Shown piece by piece: positions 29,504 to 39,930 of a stretch of 64,000 nt of DNA. Numbering within the stretch: position 1 is the stretch's first letter; the number at the start of each line of letters is the position of its first letter. The position numbers were made by a program, and so were the translations under genes. The stretch is from OCS155 cluster bacterium AG-426-D23 (lineage in GTDB: Bacteria > Actinomycetota > Acidimicrobiia > Actinomarinales > Actinomarinaceae), in contig QCNO01000003.1 in the NCBI GenBank assembly GCA_003213165.1, forward strand, positions 21,009 through 85,008. Direction: 5' to 3'. The notes under the pieces were generated by a model, which saw nothing but the letters and a program-made list of their open reading frames with translations, made no database searches and was not told where the DNA came from.

Positions 29504-31072
29504 TTAACCCCCAAAGGCTTTGGATAGCATTGCTATAACCGCATCATTTGTTGCGCCAAATATTAATTTAGGAAATACCCCAATTAATACTGTTAAAATA
29601 ACCAGTGGAATCCATGCTGAAAGCTCATAAAAGTCTGCATCATGAAGGTCTTTATCTGACCATTCATCTGATGGCTCTCCTAAATTAACTCTTTGTAGCA
29701 TCCAAAGTAAATAACCTGCTGTTAAGACAGTGCCAATAGCTCCAGCAACCATAGAAGTCCTGAATACAGTTGTGTTTAAACCGTCTAGTGGATTATAAGC
29801 ACCTAATAAAGCCATAAATTCTCCCCAAAAGCCAGCTAGACCAGGGAGGCCTAATGAAGCCATTGCAGTAAACCCTAGCAATGCACCCGTTTTTGGAAGT
29901 AACTTCATGTTTCCACCCAGTCTGCCCATGTCTCTTGTGTGGTAGGTATGTGCCATAGAGCCTGACAAAAAGAATAATAGTCCAGTGATTACCCCATGAG
30001 CAACCATTCCTATCATTGCCGCATTGATTCCTATTGGTGTTAGAGAAGCTATTCCTAGCATTACAAATCCCATATGACCAACTGATGAAAAAGCGATAAG
30101 TCTCTTCAAATCTGTTTGTGCAAGACAAGCCAAAGATCCATATATAATTCCAATTGCAGAGAGAATAGCAATTGCTGGAGCCCACGCTTTTGCCTGCTCT
30201 GGAAGAATTGGTATCGCAATTCTAACAAAACCATATGATCCAAGCTTCAAAAGGATAGCAGCCAATAATACTGAACCAACTGTTGGTGCTGCAGTATGTG
30301 CATCTGGAAGCCATGTGTGAAGAGGCCACATTGGAACTTTTACAGCAAATCCCAAAAATAATACAGCAAATACAAGCGTTGCAAATGTTCCGGTAAATGC
30401 GCCTGAGGTTCCAAGCTCAATTAACTCAGGAATACTAAATGTTTTATTTCCCCGATAATATAGGCCTAAAAAACCAAGTAACATAAAAGCTGATCCAAAT
30501 AATGTGAAAACAAAAAACTTAATACTTGCATAAAGTCTCGTCTCTATCTGATTTTTAAATCCAGATACGGTCCTTACAGTTTTATCACCCCATATCCCGA
30601 TCATGAAGTACATAGGTAATAATACAATTTCAAAAAATACAAAGAAAAGAATCAAGTCTAACGCTACAAATGTTCCATTCATTCCAGTCTCGAGAACAAG
30701 TATTAAAGCTAAAAAACCTTTGGGACTTTTTGGTTCAGGTAGATGCTCTAAAGAGTAGATTATTGCCAAAACGGTAATAAATGTTGATAGCACTAAAAGG
30801 GGTAGGGAGATGCCGTCTATGCCTATTTCATAATTTGCATTTATACTTTTAATCCAAGAAATCTTATTGCCAAGTTGGAGCTTTTCGGCTGACGAAAAAT
30901 CAAATTGAAAAAGCAAGATTGCACTTAAAACAAAAGTGATTAGTGAAGAAGCTAATGCAAACCGTTTAATTAATTGCTCTTGAGCTTTTGGTATTAGGGT
31001 GATTACAAATGCACTTATCAAAGGGAAAAAGACTACTGCAGAAAGCCCAATACCATTTGTAAATAATTCCAC
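29504..31072 (-). CDS. nuoM: NADH-quinone oxidoreductase subunit M (operon 1)
   Basis: 522-aa antiporter-like subunit with ...PMWPLHTWLPDAHTAAPT..., the NuoM/ND4 signature. Confidence 0.93.
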   Translation of the reverse strand: MELFTNGIGLSAVVFFPLISAFVITLIPKAQEQLIKRFALASSLITFVLSAILLFQFDFSSAEKLQLGNKISWIKSINANYEIGIDGISLPLLVLSTFITVLAIIYSLEHLPEPKSPKGFLALILVLETGMNGTFVALDLILFFVFFEIVLLPMYFMIGIWGDKTVRTVSGFKNQIETRLYASIKFFVFTLFGSAFMLLGFLGLYYRGNKTFSIPELIELGTSGAFTGTFATLVFAVLFLGFAVKVPMWPLHTWLPDAHTAAPTVGSVLLAAILLKLGSYGFVRIAIPILPEQAKAWAPAIAILSAIGIIYGSLACLAQTDLKRLIAFSSVGHMGFVMLGIASLTPIGINAAMIGMVAHGVITGLLFFLSGSMAHTYHTRDMGRLGGNMKLLPKTGALLGFTAMASLGLPGLAGFWGEFMALLGAYNPLDGLNTTVFRTSMVAGAIGTVLTAGYLLWMLQRVNLGEPSDEWSDKDLHDADFYELSAWIPLVILTVLIGVFPKLIFGATNDAVIAMLSKAFGG

Positions 31073-31080
31073 TTTTCCCC

Positions 31081-33096
31081 CTATATTATAAATAAAATTA
31101 ATAGACTAATTGTCACAACGCCACCTAAAAACATCATTAAATATTGTTGTGTCTTACCTGTTTGTAATAATTTGACCTTACCGCCAAAACTATCAGTACC
31201 CGATGAAGACATATTTAACAATTTATCAATTCCATTTTGATCAAAATTATTGTACACAATACCGCCCAATAAAGAAGCTATTTGTCCAAAACCATTGACA
31301 AATCTATCAATTACATTTGTGTTAAATTTATCTACTGCTCTAGAAATATTTATTTTTACTGGATCAATTACATACTTGAAATAAAAGTCATCTAAATAAT
31401 ACTTGTTTTCAAGAACTGACCAGATTGGTTGAATTTTAATTTTATCATCACCTGTTTCAGCACTTCCTTGCAGTTGATATAAGTAATATCCAAGTGCGAT
31501 ACCAAGCAAACCTGCTAACAAGCCACTTGATAGTGCAAATAAGTCAAAGCTTTCAGGATGGTATTCAACAATTTTGTTCTTCCTTGTCGTAACCCAGTCT
31601 GTGAATCCTGTATAAACACCAGGAATATTTACCCAACCTGAGGCTATCGCAAAGACAGACAATGCCAAAAGCGGTGTTGTCATAAGATTGTGAGACTCGT
31701 GAGGATGACCATGGCCTCTATACTCTCCAAGAAATGTTAAAGAGACTGCTCTTGTCATATAAAATGCTGTTATAAACGCTCCTAAAACTGCTATAAAAAA
31801 GAACGTTATTTCTCCTTCATGATTAAAAGACGCAAGAATTTCGTCTTTAGAGAAAAAACCTGCGAATGGTGGGAGTCCTGCCAAAGCAACTGTTCCAATT
31901 ATGAATGTTGCAAACGTCTTTGGCATAACTTTTCTTAATCCCCCCATTTCTAACATACTATTGCTATGCACAGCATGTATAACAGACCCTGCTCCCAGAA
32001 ACAACAGAGCTTTAAAGAATGCATGAGTCCATAAATGAAATAATGCGGCAGTATATGCACCTGAACCAATTGCAGCAACCATATAGCCTAGCTGACTTAC
32101 TGTTGAGTATGCGAGAACCTTTTTTAGGTCGTCTTGAACAACTGCAATTAATCCCGCTGCTAGTAAAGTGATTACACCAAAAAGCATCACAATATCTAAT
32201 GCATCAGGTGCCATTGATTTATAAAATGGAAACATTCTTGCTAGTAAATAAACACCGGCTGTAACCATTGTTGCTGCATGCATAAGTGCAGAGACTGGTG
32301 TTGGACCTGCCATAGCATCAGGCAACCAAACATGTAATGGAAATTGAGCACTCTTGCCCATGGCGCCAATAAATAATAAAATTGCGGCGATAAATGCAAC
32401 TGTAGATAGCTTTTCATATTCATGTGTTGCCTGATAAAGAATTTCAGAAATTCTCAATGTACCAGTGTTTAAAGCTAAAATAATTATTCCAATCATCAAA
32501 CCTACGTCAGCTATCTTATTTGTAATAAATGCTTTCATAGCAGCAGAAGAATTGTCTTTTTTCTCCCAATAGTGTCCGATTAATAAGTAAGAACAGACGC
32601 CAACAAGTTCCCATCCAATTAAAATTTGAATTAGTGTGGGAGAGGACACTAAAACTAACATACTTCCAGCAAATAAAGTTAGCGATGTAAAGAAAAAAGT
32701 ATATCTGATTTCTCCCTCCATGTAATTTGTTGCATAAATAAAGACAAGCAAGGCAACCGTTCCAACAACAAAATACATCATTATTGAGAGACCATCGACA
32801 ACCCAACCAAACTCAATATCAAATACACCTATACTTCCAACGTTTATAAAAAATTCGTTTACTACACCACTAGTAATGTGGGAGTACATAAGTGCAGAAC
32901 TATACAAGAATATTAATCCTATTGTAGCTAATGCTACTTCAGCACCCTTTAAAGGGAGATGCTTACCCATGAAAGTTATTATCAATGCAGCTACAAAAGG
33001 TAGTAGTACTAATAACCATGCATACTGAGCTAAAAGTCCACCATCAGTATAAATTAATTCACCTTCAGCAAAAATAGTTGTAGTGAAATTTACCAT
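31081..33096 (-). CDS. nuoL: NADH-quinone oxidoreductase subunit L (operon 1)
   Basis: 671-aa ORF with ...KSAQFPLHVWLPDAMAGPTPVSALMHAATMVTAGVY..., the NuoL/ND5 signature, plus a long C-terminal lateral-helix region. Confidence 0.94.
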   Translation of the reverse strand: MVNFTTTIFAEGELIYTDGGLLAQYAWLLVLLPFVAALIITFMGKHLPLKGAEVALATIGLIFLYSSALMYSHITSGVVNEFFINVGSIGVFDIEFGWVVDGLSIMMYFVVGTVALLVFIYATNYMEGEIRYTFFFTSLTLFAGSMLVLVSSPTLIQILIGWELVGVCSYLLIGHYWEKKDNSSAAMKAFITNKIADVGLMIGIIILALNTGTLRISEILYQATHEYEKLSTVAFIAAILLFIGAMGKSAQFPLHVWLPDAMAGPTPVSALMHAATMVTAGVYLLARMFPFYKSMAPDALDIVMLFGVITLLAAGLIAVVQDDLKKVLAYSTVSQLGYMVAAIGSGAYTAALFHLWTHAFFKALLFLGAGSVIHAVHSNSMLEMGGLRKVMPKTFATFIIGTVALAGLPPFAGFFSKDEILASFNHEGEITFFFIAVLGAFITAFYMTRAVSLTFLGEYRGHGHPHESHNLMTTPLLALSVFAIASGWVNIPGVYTGFTDWVTTRKNKIVEYHPESFDLFALSSGLLAGLLGIALGYYLYQLQGSAETGDDKIKIQPIWSVLENKYYLDDFYFKYVIDPVKINISRAVDKFNTNVIDRFVNGFGQIASLLGGIVYNNFDQNGIDKLLNMSSSGTDSFGGKVKLLQTGKTQQYLMMFLGGVVTISLLILFII

Positions 33097-33395
33097 TTCA
33101 TTAAATCAAATTCATTTATGTTGGCTGTTTGTCTATTTCTAAACAGCATAAGAACAATCGCAAGTCCTATCCCAACCTCAGCTGCTGCAATTGTGATTAT
33201 AAAAATTGTAAAAATTTGCCCTTGCATCATAGCGTCCGCAAGCATTGTATCAAACATAATGAAATTAATATTTACAGAGTTAAGAATTAGCTCTATTGAC
33301 AGAAGGACCATCACCGCATTTCTTCGGACTAAAATTCCGTAAATACCTAATGAAAATAAAGCAGCAGCAACTACTAATACAGGTTGGACAATCAA
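33090..33395 (-). CDS. nuoK: NADH-quinone oxidoreductase subunit K (operon 1)
   Basis: 101-aa, 3-TM protein with the conserved membrane Glu (LLSIELILNSVN ... AAAEVGIGLAI). Confidence 0.9.
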   Translation of the reverse strand: MIVQPVLVVAAALFSLGIYGILVRRNAVMVLLSIELILNSVNINFIMFDTMLADAMMQGQIFTIFIITIAAAEVGIGLAIVLMLFRNRQTANINEFDLMKW

Positions 33396-33910
33396 ACTTG
33401 ATCCTCATCAATCAGTGCTTCATCTTTTCTTGCTAATGTAATACCTCCTATTAGGGCAGCAAGCAAAATAAATGAAACTAATTCAAAAGGAAATACAAAT
33501 CTACTGAGTAAAATTTCACCAAGCAATTCAGTTGACGACCCAGAAGTAATTACAACCTCACCATCAAATCCATTTACTAATATATATGAAAACAAGAAAA
33601 ATATTGAACCTGCGATTGCCGCACCTAACTTTTTATTTTTATCGTTGTCAAGCTCAGCATTTTTACCCAGGGGAGCTCTAGTTATCATAATTCCAAATAA
33701 AAAGAGAACGATGACTGCGCCAATATAGACAAGAACTAGTACAAGAGCAACAAACTCTGTAGATAAAAGTAAAAACAATACTGAAGTTAAAGCAAGTGTG
33801 AAAACAAGTGAAATAGCAGCATGAATAACATTAGAAGTCGTAACAACTCTGACTGCTGTTGTAATTAGTAATAAAAGAACGAAATAAGTTACTATTTCAA
33901 AAATTTCCAT
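33392..33910 (-). CDS. nuoJ: NADH-quinone oxidoreductase subunit J (operon 1)
   Basis: 172-aa hydrophobic protein in the I-J-K position; ...VYIGAVIVLFLFGIM... is typical of NuoJ/ND6. Confidence 0.88.
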   Translation of the reverse strand: MEIFEIVTYFVLLLLITTAVRVVTTSNVIHAAISLVFTLALTSVLFLLLSTEFVALVLVLVYIGAVIVLFLFGIMITRAPLGKNAELDNDKNKKLGAAIAGSIFFLFSYILVNGFDGEVVITSGSSTELLGEILLSRFVFPFELVSFILLAALIGGITLARKDEALIDEDQV

Positions 33911-34396
33911 TTAACTTTCGAGTCCTTCAGGATCTGGAACAGTTTGAAGCCAATCATCTAATCGTTCTTTGTCGTGAAGCATATCGCCCATGTTAAATTC
34001 AGAATATTCATATTCTGGTGACCAAAATAAAGCATCGAATGGACAAACTTCAACACAGATCCCACAGTACATACATAACGCATAGTCAATGTCAAATCGA
34101 TCTAGAACAGCCCTACTTCTTTGTCTGCCTCCAGGTTTTGAAGGAGGTTGTAATTCTTTGTGGCCTTCTATATAAATACACCAGTCAGGACATTGTCGTG
34201 CACAAAGCATACAACTAGTACATGCTTCTTGATCTAAAGCAATAACTCCTCTTGCTCTCGGTGCAAGTTTTTCTTTTTCAAATGGGTAATTTACATTCGG
34301 TTTTGAATGGAAAGGAGATAGAGTTTTAAGCATATTTACTATGACGATCTTAATTCCAATTAAAAATCCCGGTACTTTTGGTCTAAAGTTTTTCAT
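33911..34396 (-). CDS. nuoI: NADH-quinone oxidoreductase subunit I (operon 1, short form)
   Basis: 161-aa ORF with two 4Fe-4S motifs, CTSCMLCARQCP and CMYCGICVEVCP. Confidence 0.93.
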   Translation of the reverse strand: MKNFRPKVPGFLIGIKIVIVNMLKTLSPFHSKPNVNYPFEKEKLAPRARGVIALDQEACTSCMLCARQCPDWCIYIEGHKELQPPSKPGGRQRSRAVLDRFDIDYALCMYCGICVEVCPFDALFWSPEYEYSEFNMGDMLHDKERLDDWLQTVPDPEGLES

Positions 34397-35367
34397 TAGA
34401 ATCCAACTTTCATAATTGCTGTTACAAGAATATTAACTAAAGATGCTGGGATTAGTATCTTCCACGCTAAGTTTTGTAATTGATCTTCTCTAAATCTTGG
34501 CTGTGACCACCTTATTGCTACCAAAATAAATCCTAAAATAGCTGTTTTTGTTAAAAGGACAATTGGTCCATAAAAGTTAACCCATTCGGTTGGCAAAAGT
34601 GGCACATGATAGCCACCAAGAAATAGTGTTGAGGCAATTGCACATAAAATGAACATATTCATATATTCGGAAATATAAAAAATAAGGAATCTTATACCAG
34701 AGTATTCTGTCATAAAACCCATAGTTAATTCGGATTCGCCAATAGGCATATCGAATGGAACTCTCATCATTTCAGCTGTCGCCGCAACCATAAAAATTAA
34801 AAACCCAACTATCTGACCGCCTACAACAAAAGGAACTCCCCATTCAATTTGTTTTTCTACAATTCCAACTAAAGACATAGTTTCAGCTTGAATAACAACT
34901 CCAACAACTGCAAGTATCAGTGGAAGTTCATACGCTATTAGCTGCCCAGCTGCTCTCAACCCTCCCATTAGGGAGTACTTATTTGCTGATGACCATCCAG
35001 CAGTTAATACACCTATAGTTCCCAATGAGCTTATAGCGAGTGCAAAAAAGACACCTAATTCTAAATCTGCAACAACTAACGTAGGGCTCAATGGAACTAC
35101 AGCAAACAAAGCTACACAAGAAACCATTACATACGCAGGCGCCCATTTAAATACTGGCCTGTCCACCTCAGTTGGGATTATGTCTTCTTTTTGAATAAAT
35201 TTTAGAATTTCAGCTACTGGAAATATAAAACCTCTAAGTCCTACATGCAAAGGTCCAGGTCTTCTCTGCATCCATGAAGCACCTTTAACATCCATTATTG
35301 TGAAAGTAATTGCACCAGTTAAAGCAGCTCCTGCAAGAAGGCCTACCTTTATCAAAACCTCTGTCAT
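34396..35367 (-). CDS. nuoH: NADH-quinone oxidoreductase subunit H (operon 1)
   Basis: 323-aa polytopic ORF with the VPFDMPIGESELTMGFMTEYSG signature of NuoH/ND1. Confidence 0.93.
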   Translation of the reverse strand: MTEVLIKVGLLAGAALTGAITFTIMDVKGASWMQRRPGPLHVGLRGFIFPVAEILKFIQKEDIIPTEVDRPVFKWAPAYVMVSCVALFAVVPLSPTLVVADLELGVFFALAISSLGTIGVLTAGWSSANKYSLMGGLRAAGQLIAYELPLILAVVGVVIQAETMSLVGIVEKQIEWGVPFVVGGQIVGFLIFMVAATAEMMRVPFDMPIGESELTMGFMTEYSGIRFLIFYISEYMNMFILCAIASTLFLGGYHVPLLPTEWVNFYGPIVLLTKTAILGFILVAIRWSQPRFREDQLQNLAWKILIPASLVNILVTAIMKVGF

Positions 35368-36560
35368 CTGTCTACATCTCCTAATACAAAATCTAAACTA
35401 CCCATTATTGCAATCAAGTCCGGTAGCAAAGCACCTTCAAGCAAATTAGGCAAAATAGATATATTGCTAAAAGAAGCTGTTCTTACTTTAAGCCTATATG
35501 GCCCTAACCCTCCATCAGATATTATGTAATAACCCATTTCTCCTTTTGGATTTTCAGCTCTTACATATGTACGTCCTTTAGGGACTTTTATGACCTTGGG
35601 TACCTTAGCTTGTAAAGGTCCAGAGGGCATTGAATCAATAGCTTGCAAAACTATTTTTGCGGATTCAACCATTTCTTTAACTCTTACATCCCATCGATCA
35701 TAACAATCTCCGTTCTCGCCAACGGGAATTTCATATTCAAATTGATCATATGGCAAATAATCTGTTTGAGTTCTCAAGTCTGATTTGACACCTGAAGCTC
35801 TAAGTATTGGACCAGATACTCCAAATGCTTCTGCGATCTCAGGAGTTAAGACGCCAACATCTTTTGTTCTTTTTTTAAATACTTCATTTCCACCAATTAG
35901 ATTCTGAAATTGATCAGCTGCCTCTATAACTTTTTGCATGGCTATTTTTGTATCTCTATAAAATCCCGCAGGTAAATCTTGAATATTTTTTTTTGTAGTT
36001 GGACCAGCTCCAGCAGCAGGTTTTACTCCACCTATTCGATTAAAGTTTGGATGAAAGCGACCGCCAGTTACTGACTCAATTAAATCTAAAACTCTTTCTC
36101 TGTCTTCCATTGCATAAAAAATTGGAGTTAACGCGCCAACTTCCAGAGCATACGCTCCATTAAATACAAAATGTGAAGAAATTCTGGCCATCTCGGTAAG
36201 AATTAATCGAATATATTTAGCTCTATCAGGTACTTCAATTTCCATTAATCTCTCAGCACCAGCTATAAATGGAATTTCATTGGAAAAACCAGCAACCCAA
36301 TCTATACGGTTTACGAGTGTTGTTATTTGGGGATATGTTCTAACTTCTGCCAATTTTTCATAGCCACGATGCATGTAACCAAGAACGGGTTTTACGTCAT
36401 GAACTTTTTCTCCATCTACTTTAGCGACCAATCTCAACACTCCGTGTGTAGATGGATGTTGAGGTCCTATATTCAGTGTCATGTCTTCAGTTTCTATTTC
36501 GACAGATACAGATGCCTCTGAAAAGTTCTTAATATTTTGTGGATCTAATGCATTAACCAT
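35364..36560 (-). CDS. nuoD: NADH-quinone oxidoreductase subunit D (operon 1)
   Basis: 398-aa ORF with NIGPQHPSTHGVLRL, GYMHRGYEKL and C-terminal LGDVDR. Confidence 0.95.
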   Translation of the reverse strand: MVNALDPQNIKNFSEASVSVEIETEDMTLNIGPQHPSTHGVLRLVAKVDGEKVHDVKPVLGYMHRGYEKLAEVRTYPQITTLVNRIDWVAGFSNEIPFIAGAERLMEIEVPDRAKYIRLILTEMARISSHFVFNGAYALEVGALTPIFYAMEDRERVLDLIESVTGGRFHPNFNRIGGVKPAAGAGPTTKKNIQDLPAGFYRDTKIAMQKVIEAADQFQNLIGGNEVFKKRTKDVGVLTPEIAEAFGVSGPILRASGVKSDLRTQTDYLPYDQFEYEIPVGENGDCYDRWDVRVKEMVESAKIVLQAIDSMPSGPLQAKVPKVIKVPKGRTYVRAENPKGEMGYYIISDGGLGPYRLKVRTASFSNISILPNLLEGALLPDLIAIMGSLDFVLGDVDR

Positions 36561-37098
36561 CTACTTGTTCACCACTTTCTGAATCTTCTGGCATACCCTC
36601 TACGTCCACATCTCCGGGCCAAGGCTTTACCTCCCTACTGATTAATTCAAAAGATTTGAGCATAGGGTTTCCTTCGTATCCATCAGGAAGATAAAGTTTT
36701 TCAAGATTTGGATGATTTGCAAAACTTATTCCAAACATTTCATATGCTTCTCTCTCATGCCAGTTGGCTCCTTCATATGTTCCAACTAGAGAATCAATTT
36801 GTGGTTCTGATTTATCAATAGTTGTAGAAACAGTAATTAAATTTGTATTTTCTACATCAGATAAGCAGGTAATTAATTCGAAACACGGTGTAACGCTTTC
36901 TTTAGGAGCTTCACCAACTGAAACATCATTGTCCCAATCCACTGCTGAGAGCCAAGAGAAAAATTTTAAGTTGAACTCATCTCTAAGTTGTTCATGTGTT
37001 TCAATCCATTGTGTTGAATCAACCTTGATATTGATTGTTTCAAACTCCAACACTGCGTTTGTAAAACTTTCTTTTATATTGTTAAAAAAATCTTCCAT
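36553..37098 (-). CDS. nuoC: NADH-quinone oxidoreductase subunit C (operon 1)
   Basis: 181-aa ORF with ...GANWHEREAYEMFGISFANHPN..., the NuoC/30-kDa signature. Confidence 0.92.
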   Translation of the reverse strand: MEDFFNNIKESFTNAVLEFETINIKVDSTQWIETHEQLRDEFNLKFFSWLSAVDWDNDVSVGEAPKESVTPCFELITCLSDVENTNLITVSTTIDKSEPQIDSLVGTYEGANWHEREAYEMFGISFANHPNLEKLYLPDGYEGNPMLKSFELISREVKPWPGDVDVEGMPEDSESGEQVDG

Positions 37099-37099
37099 G

Positions 37100-37597
37100 T
37101 TAAATAGGCTCTGTCTGAACTTCTGACCATTTTTCCTTCATATCCTCACCACGAATTTTTTTCTGAAGAAGAATTATTCCCTCCTGAAGCGCTTCTGGTC
37201 TTGGCGGACAACCTGGAACGTATACATCTACAGGAATTAATTGATCAACGCCCTTGGTGACTGAGTAAGAATCCCAATACGGGCCACCGCTATTAGAGCA
37301 TGAGCCCATTGAAATGACGTACTTTGGTTCAGGCATTTGGTCATAAAGTCTTTTGACTGAAGGAGCCATCTTATCTGTCACTGTTCCAGCAACAATCATG
37401 AAATCAGCCTGTCGTGGAGATGCGGGAAGTGGAATTACTCCTAATCTCATGAAATCATGCCTAGGGCCACTTACAGCCATAACCTCAATAGCACAGCATG
37501 CTAACCCAAATTGAAAGTACCAAAGTGAATATGATCTAGCCCAGTTAAAGACTGATGATATAGGTTTTGGAAGGCCGAATTTGTCTATGACTCCCAC
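37100..37597 (-). CDS. nuoB: NADH-quinone oxidoreductase subunit B (operon 1)
   Basis: 165-aa ORF with GLACCAIE ... GSCSNSGG ... PGCPPRPE, the cluster N2 ligands. Confidence 0.95.
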   Translation of the reverse strand: MGVIDKFGLPKPISSVFNWARSYSLWYFQFGLACCAIEVMAVSGPRHDFMRLGVIPLPASPRQADFMIVAGTVTDKMAPSVKRLYDQMPEPKYVISMGSCSNSGGPYWDSYSVTKGVDQLIPVDVYVPGCPPRPEALQEGIILLQKKIRGEDMKEKWSEVQTEPI

Positions 37598-37953
37598 TTG
37601 AGCACATCCTTTCTTATTGCGTAAATAAGGCCAATCAAAAGAATGAAAATAAAAACAAACATTTCAATTAAACCAAAATAACCCAACTTTTCTAAATTGA
37701 TAGCCCATGGAAATATGAAAACTGCTTCAACATCAAAAATTACAAAAAGTAAACCGAATATATAGTACCTTACATATGTTTGACTCCATCCTGTACCTAC
37801 AGGATCTACACCACATTCATAAGTTTGCAGTTTTTCAGCATAGGGTTTGTTTGGTCTGAGCACGGAGGCTACCCCGAGTAATAGTACGACCAGAAATAGG
37901 CCGAATCCCAGCACTGCTCCTATGGTCACGTAGTCTTGAAAATAAGAAATCAT
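37585..37953 (-). CDS. nuoA: NADH-quinone oxidoreductase subunit A (operon 1)
   Basis: 122-aa, 3-TM protein with TYECGVDP and [11 protein letters not shown] motifs; first gene of the operon. Confidence 0.92.
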   Translation of the reverse strand: MISYFQDYVTIGAVLGFGLFLVVLLLGVASVLRPNKPYAEKLQTYECGVDPVGTGWSQTYVRYYIFGLLFVIFDVEAVFIFPWAINLEKLGYFGLIEMFVFIFILLIGLIYAIRKDVLKWES

Positions 37954-38034
37954 AATTTATAGTTTAGTTAAGCCTCTAAAAAGTTTAGTTTTTTCTTAAA
38001 CTTCAGTGTAATTTTTTTGTAAGATTTTTTATAA

Positions 38035-39123
38035 GTGATTAATAAACATTTTTTAGAAGAACCCAATCTTGTAGACCTTTCCAAGGAAATATATAAAGCA
38101 GTAGTTCAAGATAAATTAGAAATAAATACAAGATTTAATTTGTTATCAGATGATATTTATGACGCAGAAACTATAAACTTTATACTGGCAGACGGACTTG
38201 GTTATGAAAATCTAAATAGTACAGATTCTTATCTAAATCAAAATGTTACCAAGTCTATTAATACAACATTTCCTTCATCAACAAACGTAGCGTTATCATC
38301 AATTGCGTTTATGAGAAATCCAATTGAGCACGGGTTGATAGGGTATTACATGTTTGACAAATCACAATACGGCCTAATTAATGCCTTAAATTGGAATGAA
38401 AATAATAAAAATTTATTATTAAATGATTTTTTTCAAAAACAAAATTCAATTTGGCAAGTTTTTAAAGAAAACAAAATTCATGCTAAAAATTTCCAACCTA
38501 GAAATTTGGTTGAAACTCCTCTATCGAATTTTTTATATAATGTATCGAATATCATTCCATATGATGACGAGCAGAACTTAATCGATTTAATGTCAGAATC
38601 TACCATTTTGGAAAATAAGTTTAACTTTATTTATTATCCCTTAATTGATGTTACAGCCCATGTATTCGGAGTGAACTCAGAAGAGTGGCAGTTAGAAATT
38701 AGCAAATTTGAAAAATTAGTTAAGGAGATTTCAAGTATAAGTAATAAGAAAACAAAAACAATAATTTCAGCTGATCATGGTCTTGTAAATATTGACGAAG
38801 AACGCCGTCATCTTTTGAATTACAGTGATGATTTACAAATATATGGAGATCAACGTTCAGTTTATATAAATGGACCTAAAGAAAGTGTTTTAGAAACTTT
38901 TTCTGAAATACCTGGTGAGTTGTTGGAGCAACATGAGTTGACTTATCTTTTAGGTGAACCGACAAACGAATTTTTGCAATCAATTTTTCCTGATTTTTGT
39001 TTTTTAGTTGAAAATAAAAATATTGTTTATCCAAAACACCTTTCGGCTCAATTAAAGGGTTACCATGGAGGTTTGTCGAAAAGTGAATTAGAAATTCCAA
39101 TAATTGAACTTTCTAACTACTAA
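38035..39123 (+). CDS. Alkaline-phosphatase-superfamily enzyme (nucleotide pyrophosphatase/phosphodiesterase-like)
   Basis: 362-aa ORF (GTG start) with the ordered metal/nucleophile motifs ILADGLG, FPSSTNVA (Thr nucleophile), IDVTAHVFG, ISADHG and GYHGGLSKSELEIP. Confidence 0.75.
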   Translation: MINKHFLEEPNLVDLSKEIYKAVVQDKLEINTRFNLLSDDIYDAETINFILADGLGYENLNSTDSYLNQNVTKSINTTFPSSTNVALSSIAFMRNPIEHGLIGYYMFDKSQYGLINALNWNENNKNLLLNDFFQKQNSIWQVFKENKIHAKNFQPRNLVETPLSNFLYNVSNIIPYDDEQNLIDLMSESTILENKFNFIYYPLIDVTAHVFGVNSEEWQLEISKFEKLVKEISSISNKKTKTIISADHGLVNIDEERRHLLNYSDDLQIYGDQRSVYINGPKESVLETFSEIPGELLEQHELTYLLGEPTNEFLQSIFPDFCFLVENKNIVYPKHLSAQLKGYHGGLSKSELEIPIIELSNY

Positions 39124-39141
39124 ATTACTTATAATTAGTTT

Positions 39142-39930
39142 GTGAAAAATCTTAAACTTTTATTTTTTCTTTTAACTTTTTCTTTTTGTTCCCAGTCCAG
39201 TGAAATGACAATGGGTGCTCCTGAACCGTATTTTGAAGGAGTAGAAGATATGGCTACTTCAGAAGTATCTTTCTCAAGAGAATCTTCTTTTTCACAAGGT
39301 GACTATATCATTAAGACTGCTTATGCAAGCACAGACGTTAGTTCATTTAATTTTGAAAATACAATTAATGAAGTAGAGCTCTTGGTAAAGAATTTCAATG
39401 GAAATATTTCTAATACGTATCTCTCAACAAATTACCAAGGACTTAAAAGTTATAACTTGACTATGAATATTCCAGCTGGGGATTTTGAGAATTTTCTTAA
39501 GGCAGTAGAAGATATTTCAAAGTTTACAAACATAAGTTTAAATGCAAATGATGTAACAAAATATGTTCTTGATATAGGTTCAAGATTGAAATCATTAAAT
39601 GCTGAGAAGGAAGCACTTGAAGAAATTAAAGAGCAAGCTGTATCAACATCAGATAAGCTTCAAGTGCAGTCTCAACTTCGTTACATAAATCAAGACATTC
39701 AAGTTTTAGAAGGACAAAAAGAATATTATGAAAATTCAGTATCGTACTCTTCTTTGACGTTAGATATTAGAGAGGGTTCTGGAGTATCGTTATTTTCATG
39801 GAACTATTATGTTCAAAGAGCATTAAATTGGATTGAATCAATTATTGGTTTTGTAGTATCTTTTGGAATAATTGCAGTTCCGCTGTTGTTGTTAGTATTA
39901 GGATTTAGAAAATTTAGATCTAAAAACTGA
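39142..39930 (+). CDS. DUF4349-like exported/lipoprotein with C-terminal TM anchor
   Basis: 262-aa ORF with signal peptide plus Cys (LLTFSFCSQ), a central coiled coil (DVTKYVLDIGSRLKSLNAEKEALEEIK...LEGQKEYYENSVSYSSLTLDIRE) and a C-terminal TM helix. This layout is characteristic of DUF4349. Confidence 0.72.
   Translation: MKNLKLLFFLLTFSFCSQSSEMTMGAPEPYFEGVEDMATSEVSFSRESSFSQGDYIIKTAYASTDVSSFNFENTINEVELLVKNFNGNISNTYLSTNYQGLKSYNLTMNIPAGDFENFLKAVEDISKFTNISLNANDVTKYVLDIGSRLKSLNAEKEALEEIKEQAVSTSDKLQVQSQLRYINQDIQVLEGQKEYYENSVSYSSLTLDIREGSGVSLFSWNYYVQRALNWIESIIGFVVSFGIIAVPLLLLVLGFRKFRSKN

Noticed and set aside
29793-30185. 130-aa minus-strand ORF inside nuoM (and 32241-32423 and 32516-32806 inside nuoL)
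   Set aside because: These are out-of-frame ORFs within well-supported antiporter-like subunit genes. Their Cys/Trp-rich composition is typical of frame artefacts.
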